The notes beneath the pieces are model-generated. The model ran no database searches and was not told where the DNA came from. It was given only the letters and a program-made list of their open reading frames with translations. A stretch of DNA of 64,000 bases. Origin: Octopus vulgaris. Lineage: Eukaryota. Positions 56,263-64,000 of the stretch are shown here, one piece after another. The stretch lies in the NCBI GenBank assembly GCA_951406725.2, contig OX597819.1, positions 85,064,001 through 85,128,000 of the forward strand. Direction: 5' to 3'. Position 1 is the first letter of the stretch. Every line of letters starts with the position of its first letter. Position numbers and translations under genes: made by a program.

Positions 56263-56327
<65 letters not shown>

Positions 56328-56349
56328 ATAAATATATACACACATGCAC

Positions 56350-56381
<32 letters not shown>

Positions 56382-56517
56382 GTATATGTGTATGTATATA
56401 TATATATCTATATATATACACATACATACACACACATATATATATATATATATCTATACATATACACACATACATATATATATATATACACACACATATA
56501 TATACATATATATATAC

Positions 56518-56598
<81 letters not shown>

Positions 56599-56601
56599 TA
56601 T

Positions 56602-56636
<35 letters not shown>

Positions 56637-57376
56637 CACATGTATATAGGTGTGTGTACACACACATACATATACATAGATGTATCTTAAAATCTTCTAA
56701 GTAGTTGGATAATTATGTATGCATACATATGTACATATGTGCCTATGCATATATAGAAACATATACATACAACTATATCTAGTCATGTGTGTGTGTGTAT
56801 GTGTAAAATGAAGAAACGAAAGAAAAGGAGATAAGGAAAAATGACAGAAGTAAAAGAAGAAAAAGAAAAGAAAAGGGCAAATAATCCTATGATAAAATAA
56901 CTGAAATAAATACTGGAAACGAATGCAAAAAAAAAAAAAAATGTATTGGAAACACCGTTAGCATACAATGGCTATCGTTATCGATGTGGAATCTCTTATT
57001 TCTTGAGCTATTCATCAATGTAAAGAAAACAAAAATCGGTAGTTTGTAAAAAAACTATGTGAAGAAAAAGAAACAAAAACACTAAAAACAAAGAAAATAT
57101 AAAAGAAAAATATAATGTACTTTTTAATAGAAATCATTATTTACCCTAAGGGTTGTTGTTTCTCTGATGTTATTATTGTTGTTGCCGGTGTTTTTGTTGT
57201 ATTTGTTTTATCAAGAGTAGTTTACGAATCTTATCCCTTTCTTCTTGTGGGTGGTTGTTGTAATATCTGATTAATATGGGAAGGTTTTGAATCTTTATCT
57301 GATTTTCGTAATAGAGTGTACATATGTTACTTGGCATGTAGTTATGTTTGATGTCGATATGTTCTTACTTACTCAC

Positions 57377-57453
57377 CTGCTCTCATCTTTGAATTCTGCA
57401 TTGCGATGTATTTATCTGTTTGTTCTTGATAGTGAGGACTATTTTCTGAGCAC
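57377..57453 (-). CDS. Candidate 77-nt internal exon of an unidentified host gene
   Basis: Minus strand: branch-like CTGAC, then TTTTTTTAG| acceptor and CAG|GTGAGT donor. Only one frame is open: (x)CSENSPHYQEQTDKYIAMQNSKMRA(x), phase 2 to phase 1. The flanks are non-repetitive. Confidence 0.6.
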
Positions 57454-57904
57454 CTAAAAAAATAGGTCAGTATAAATGTGCCTTCGTAACAAAAAAACAA
57501 AACAAAAAAAAAACAAAAAACAAAAAGAGGAACCCCCCCCACAAAAAGAAACAAAAGAATTGATGTTTTAAAAATAATACCTATTCAAATATTGAAAAGA
57601 AAACCCCAGAAAACTGCTGAAGAATGCAAAAATAGGGAAACTAAACAAAACGAAAAGAAAAATGCTAAACTAAATATTTTCAGATACATAGATATATTTA
57701 TACACTTGAGCTAACATGTACACACACATACAAAATCGCGAATAATGGAAATTACACCCACAGCTCAACAAATGTCCACATTGTATCCATTTCTTCGATA
57801 ATTGGACTGGACTAATTTGAATTTTCCATTGCCATTATTTATGTTAATTTAGCTAAAGTGCTAAAATTGCATCTATTTTACTCATTATTATTTGAAGCCA
57901 CTAA

Positions 57905-58320
57905 AGCAGCGAGCTGGCAGAATCACTAGCGTGCTGGGCAAAATACTTCGCGCCATTTCATCCGTATTTACGTTCTGCCGAGGTCACATTTATTTCCACC
58001 CTTTCGCGACTGATAAAATAAATACCACTTTGAGCACTGGGGTCGATGCAATCGACTTAATTTCTTGCCTTGTGCCAAAATTTGAAACCATTATTTAACA
58101 CCACTAAGGCCGCGAGCTGACAGAATCGTTAGCATGTGGGACAAAATGCTTAGCGCCAATTTGTCCTTCTTTATGTTCTGAGTCTAAATTTCACCGAGGT
58201 CATCTTTGCCGTTTATCCTTTCGGAGATGATAAAATGAGTACCAGTTGTGTACTGGAGTCAATATAATTAACTTTTCCCCTTCCCTCAAATTTCAAGCCT
58301 TGTGCCTATATTGCAAAAGA
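57905..58320 (+). mobile_element. Two older tandem SINE family B copies
   Basis: GCGAGCTG.CAGAATC heads at about 57908 and 58110, each with the Nin-like domain. Confidence 0.75.
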
Positions 58321-58335
58321 TTATTTACCGTTACT

Positions 58336-58750
58336 TACTTCTTTACTGCCCACAAGGGGCTACACGCAGAGGTGACAAACAAGGGCAGACGAACGGATTA
58401 AGTCGATTATATCGACCCCAGTACGTAACTGGTACTTATTTAATCGATCCCGAAAGGATGAAAGGCAAAGTCGACCTCGGCGGAATTTGAACTCAAAACG
58501 TAGCGGCAGGCGAAATACCCATTTCTTTACTACCCACAAGGGGCTAAACACAGAGAGGACAAACAAGGACAGACAAACGGATTAAGTCGATTATATCGAC
58601 CCCAGTGCGTAACTGGTACTTATTTAATCGACCCCGAAAGGATGAAGGGCAAAGTCGACCTCGGCGGAATTTGAACTCAGAACGTAGCAGCAGGCGAAAT
58701 ACTGCTAAGCATTTCGCCCGGCGTGCTAACGTTTCTGCCAGCTCGCCGCC
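58336..58750 (-). mobile_element. SINE family B with a reiterated body (head-body-body)
   Basis: One head at 58750; the body repeats after the junction GAAATGGG|TATTTCG near 58515-58525; flanked by TTATTTACC at 58321 and 58751. Confidence 0.88.
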
Positions 58751-58809
58751 TTATTTACCACTACTATACCAAACAATCCAACGCCATTGAACTAAGTCTG
58801 CCTTGGTGC

Positions 58810-59280
58810 AGTACATGGACTACTGGGATAAGCAAAAATAGCTGAGATTCTAACTCCTGGGGAGAAGACGCGAAATATTTGCAGTGATATATGGATGTAG
58901 ATGTTGTCTAATACCGAACATTTGGATTGAAAGATGTACTGAAAATCTTGTCCTTGCCCGACACAGTAACCCAATACTGTAATAACTTCAAACTTTTCAA
59001 TACCTTACTAAAAACTTTTCAATACCTTACTAAAATGCTTAACACATCCATATCTAGAGATGTGGATGTGTTCAAAAAACAATTAGACAAATTTTTATCT
59101 GATATACTTAATAAGCCTGCATCACGGCAAGAAGGGCAGTTTTGTGCATCTCATTTCTTCACTAGGACCGATTAAGGAGAGAAGATTGGAAAGTGAGTCT
59201 AAAATAAACAAGCATTAGAGTCAATGACGGTGCCCCAGCATGACTACAGGCTCTAGCTGAAAATGATAATAGAGTAATAA
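58810..59280 (+). mobile_element. CR1-like LINE 3' end remnant
   Basis: MDYWDK..., FKLFNTL and DVFKKQLDKFLSDI, followed by the tail GGTGCCCCAGCATGACTACAG...GCTGAAA. Confidence 0.65.
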
Positions 59281-59556
59281 AATAATTTTTAAAAATCATT
59301 GGTTGTAATACCTAGATTCCTTTCGAGAAAGTACGAAAAGCATTCGGAAGTTTCTGCGTTTCGAAATCAAATGTCTGATGAAGTTCGATTATACTTCCTA
59401 AAATATCTGCAATGGCATTTAGGCTTTCATAATGTTCTTACTTCTGTCAATACGATGGTTTCTGACTTTATAGATATTGTAATATTTTAGGATTATATTT
59501 CAACTGTCATTTGTTCGATACTACTTTTATTGTGTGTGTTTATGTCTGTCTGGCTG

Positions 59557-59643
<87 letters not shown>

Positions 59644-59658
59644 GTCTGTCTGTCTGTA

Positions 59659-59696
<38 letters not shown>

Positions 59697-59819
59697 TCTA
59701 TCTATATATATATATATCTATACCTGTATGTATGTACGCGCACACATACATGCATATATTATGGTTCAAATGTCCTTCTCAAGCTATAGGCCGTTTCCCA
59801 CATTCTGTGATGTATATAT

Positions 59820-59990
59820 TCTTCAGCTGGACGGGACGCCAATCTGTCGTAGGATTACCCATATTTGCTACCTGAGTGGACTGGAGTAAAGTGAAATGAA
59901 ATCTTTTTCTCAAGAACGCAGTGCATCACCCGGTCAAGGAATCGAAACCACAATCTTACGATCATGAATGTAACAACTAAGTCAGGCACC
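59820..59990 (-). mobile_element. Third tRNA-SINE type, decayed
   Basis: The minus strand has a GGTTTCGATTCC B-box followed by GTTCTTGAG...CACTTTACTCCAGTCCACTCAG. Confidence 0.55.
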
Positions 59991-60034
59991 TCTTTATATT
60001 TGGCTTACGACTAAGTCATGCGCCTCTGTATGTA

Positions 60035-61280
<1,246 letters not shown>

Positions 61281-61364
61281 ACCGTATGTATGTATGTATG
61301 TATGTATGTATGTATGTATGTATGTATGTATGTATGTATGTATGTATGTATGATGTATGTATGT

Positions 61365-62292
61365 CATTTAGTTTTATTTCAAGATTTCTTGCCAATAAAG
61401 AATGAGCCGGTTTCTAACCTAGATCCAAGGCTCCTTCATTGGAATTTCAACAACATCAACAGAGTATTTTTGTATGTATGTGTATATGCAGATTTGTAGG
61501 TTTGATTTTATGTATAAATTCTCATGCATATAAATAGTTGCATGTCTAGACATGGTCATATATACTTAAATGATAAACTTCTGGAAAGTTTTACAGATTT
61601 TTACAATTCCAGTGATGGCTTGGATCTGTAGTCTTCGAATCAGCTTTCTCCTTTTCCTGTTTTGAGAAACCTAATTTCTCAAGAATGGTATTTAAGCAGT
61701 GTGTTACATATCTCAGTGTCCCAATAATTGTAAGTCTCTTCTGTTTTTTAATTACTATAAATCTTCCACTGAGGAGGAGCCGGTTTTCAACAAAGATATA
61801 AGGATCCATCTTAGGGATGTAATTAACACAGAAAAATTCACATTTGAAATTTGAAAAGAGTCTTGCCTATTTTTACCGTTCCACTCACTGATTGCACTTG
61901 TAATGTACGAATTGGCCGGTCGATTTCTCTTTCTGAAAATTCCAGTTTATCCAGATTCTCCTTTAAGCATTTACTAACAAAATGTAGTGCTCCAATTGTT
62001 ATTGGTATGAATATAAATTCATAGCCAGGATATAGAAGCTAGAGGTTTCTAAGCAGTTGTCCATAGATATCCACTTTTTCTTTGATTTTCAAAGAGATAT
62101 TTATATCTGTAGGGCAGCTGACTTCTATGATGGTACATACCTTTGCCCCTCAATCCCAAACAACAATATCCGGCCAATTATGCTTACATTTGACAGAAGT
62201 TTTGATGGGAATATTCCACCAGTATTCCTTGAGTTGGTGTTTATGAATGTATTCCGTAAGAAAGGAATTTTCTAAGTTAATTTCAGGAAGTC
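61365..62292 (-). mobile_element. 5'-truncated R4/Dong-like non-LTR element (restriction-like endonuclease) in (CATA)n
   Basis: Minus strand KCKHNWPDIVVWD*GAKVCTIIEVSCPTDINISLKIKEKVDIY...FIPITIGAL...KTLFKFQM* (PD..E..K RLE motif; final stop near 61838). (TATG)n lies on both sides. Confidence 0.8.
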
Positions 62293-62312
62293 TGTATGTA
62301 TGTATGTATGTA

Positions 62313-62348
<36 letters not shown>

Positions 62349-62677
62349 TGTATGTATGTATGTATGTATGTATGTATGTATGTATGTATGTATGTATGTA
62401 TGTATGAATGGATGGATGGATGCATGTATGCGTGTAAGCGCGCGCGCGTGTGTGTGTGTGCGAATGAATATGCACTTGAACTTATGAACAAGCGAAAACA
62501 AGCACTCTATTCATAAAGTGCAGTTTGTTTATATTTCATACGAAGCTGAAAATTTCTACTGCTACTCTTCAAGTAATGTGCTTCCACTTGCATGAAGTGG
62601 CCAAACGTGAAGCATATGAGCTAGGTGTTTCATCTTAGAATAATATTAAATAATATTAATAGCTTCAATATATACAT

Positions 62678-62726
<49 letters not shown>

Positions 62727-62806
62727 TAATCCAAACATGAAAACACAAAGAGAAAATACAACAACGCGAGGACGTGGAACAAATATAGTATAGTAAAAGA
62801 AGGAGG

Positions 62807-62841
62807 GTTTAACGTTTCGAGCGGAGCTCTTCGTCAGAAAC
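62807..62841 (-). ncRNA. Minimal type-I hammerhead motif in a repeat of about 200 bp (62722-62920)
   Basis: Minus strand GTTT-CTGACGA-A-GAGC tcc GCTC-GAAA-CG-TT^-AAAC. Confidence 0.75.
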
Positions 62842-63000
62842 ATGGGAAAAGGAAAGATCCAATGAAGAGAAGACGGAGGAAAAAAATCGCCAACGGTACA
62901 CACGCGGTCACATTTTGAATGTGTAGGTGTAAACACACCAGCATCGGTTGTCAAGCGATGTTGTGGGGATAAACACAGACACAAATACATATATACGTGT

Positions 63001-63154
<154 letters not shown>

Positions 63155-63199
63155 AATAAAAGAATGGAGTCGAACGAAGATTTTAACACAATTTCTTTA

Positions 63200-63282
63200 C
63201 TTTCAACACATGTTTCGAAGACTGCATATTCTTAATTTCGAAGGAATAAAGTGTGCATTATGCCGTCTTCTCATCAGGAAAG
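63200..63282 (-). ncRNA. Type-I hammerhead with an extended stem II, in an inverted-repeat pair
   Basis: Minus strand CTTTC-CTGATGA-GAAGAC...GTCTTC-GAA-ACA tg TGT-T^-GAAAG. The inverted copy at 63557-63679 lacks stem I and the first core C. Confidence 0.72.
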
Positions 63283-63818
63283 ACAAGGAAAATCAATCAG
63301 CCTCAAGACGGACAAAAACTTTTCTATGGCTTGCTACATAATGTTCACAGTGATAATGAGTGTTTTTAAAAATCCGTTAAAAGCAATGACGTCAAAATTG
63401 TTTGGAAGAGGAATTTATGAAAATAAGAAGGGGACAGTATGCATGCTGTATGTATGTGGATGCGGGGGTGTTTGCTCTGGTTAATTAGTTTTATTGCTTA
63501 TGTGTGTGTATGAGTGTGTGTATATAACTGCATTTATGTATATGTATGTATATGTGTGATGAGAAGACGGCATAATGCACACTTTATTCCTTCGGAATTA
63601 AGAATATGCAGTCTTCGAAACATGTGTTGAAAGTAAAGTGTTAAAATCTTCGTTCGACTCCATTCTTTTATTCATTTTAAATAATACACAAATTACCACA
63701 CAAGAACACGGGGTTTCTACCCTTGGCATGTAGCTTCAACCGTGTTTTCTGACGTGAATTTGCTACCCAGGTATCGATTAACCGAATTATCAATACTAGG
63801 ATAATTCATTCACATACT

Positions 63819-63901
<83 letters not shown>

Positions 63902-63903
<2 letters not shown>

Positions 63904-64000
63904 TCTCTCTTTACTCTTTTTACTCTTTTACTTGTTTCAGTCATTTGACTGCGGCCATGCTGGAGCACCGCCTTTAGTCGAGCAAATCGACCCCGGGACT
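63902..64000 (-). mobile_element. SINE family A 3' end (runs off the window)
   Basis: TTTTACTTGTTTCAGTCATTTGACTGCGGCCATGCTGGAGCACCGCC. Confidence 0.88.

Overview
This is AT-rich, microsatellite-dense animal DNA, not prokaryotic. Two very abundant tRNA-SINE families (a CORE-like bipartite type and a Nin/Deu-domain type) point to an Octopus or other coleoid genome; that assignment is inferred from my recollection of the families. Almost all ORFs in the supplied track are microsatellite artefacts. The window looks like intronic or intergenic DNA with one good candidate host exon (57377-57453, minus strand). The rest is transposons. DNA elements are a Chapaev3-like element, a DD34D mariner, a DD41D (rosa/Visitor-type) element, a Tc1, a mariner foldback, and hAT and Helitron remnants. 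Retroelements are RTE, L1/Tx1, R4/Dong-like, CR1/Jockey-like and three Penelope-like elements (PLEs). Four signals stand out. (1) At least six unrelated minimal type-I hammerhead ribozyme motifs occur, most inside short foldback elements that copy the inverted-pLTR layout of the local PLE. (2) An RTE 3' UTR holds an array of about 11 units, each able to form a small H-type pseudoknot. (3) Three LINE clades each sit inside a different microsatellite. (4) SINE insertions carry inverted copies of nearby genomic DNA at their 5' junctions, or repeat their body. All alignments and folds were done by eye and no database search was run.
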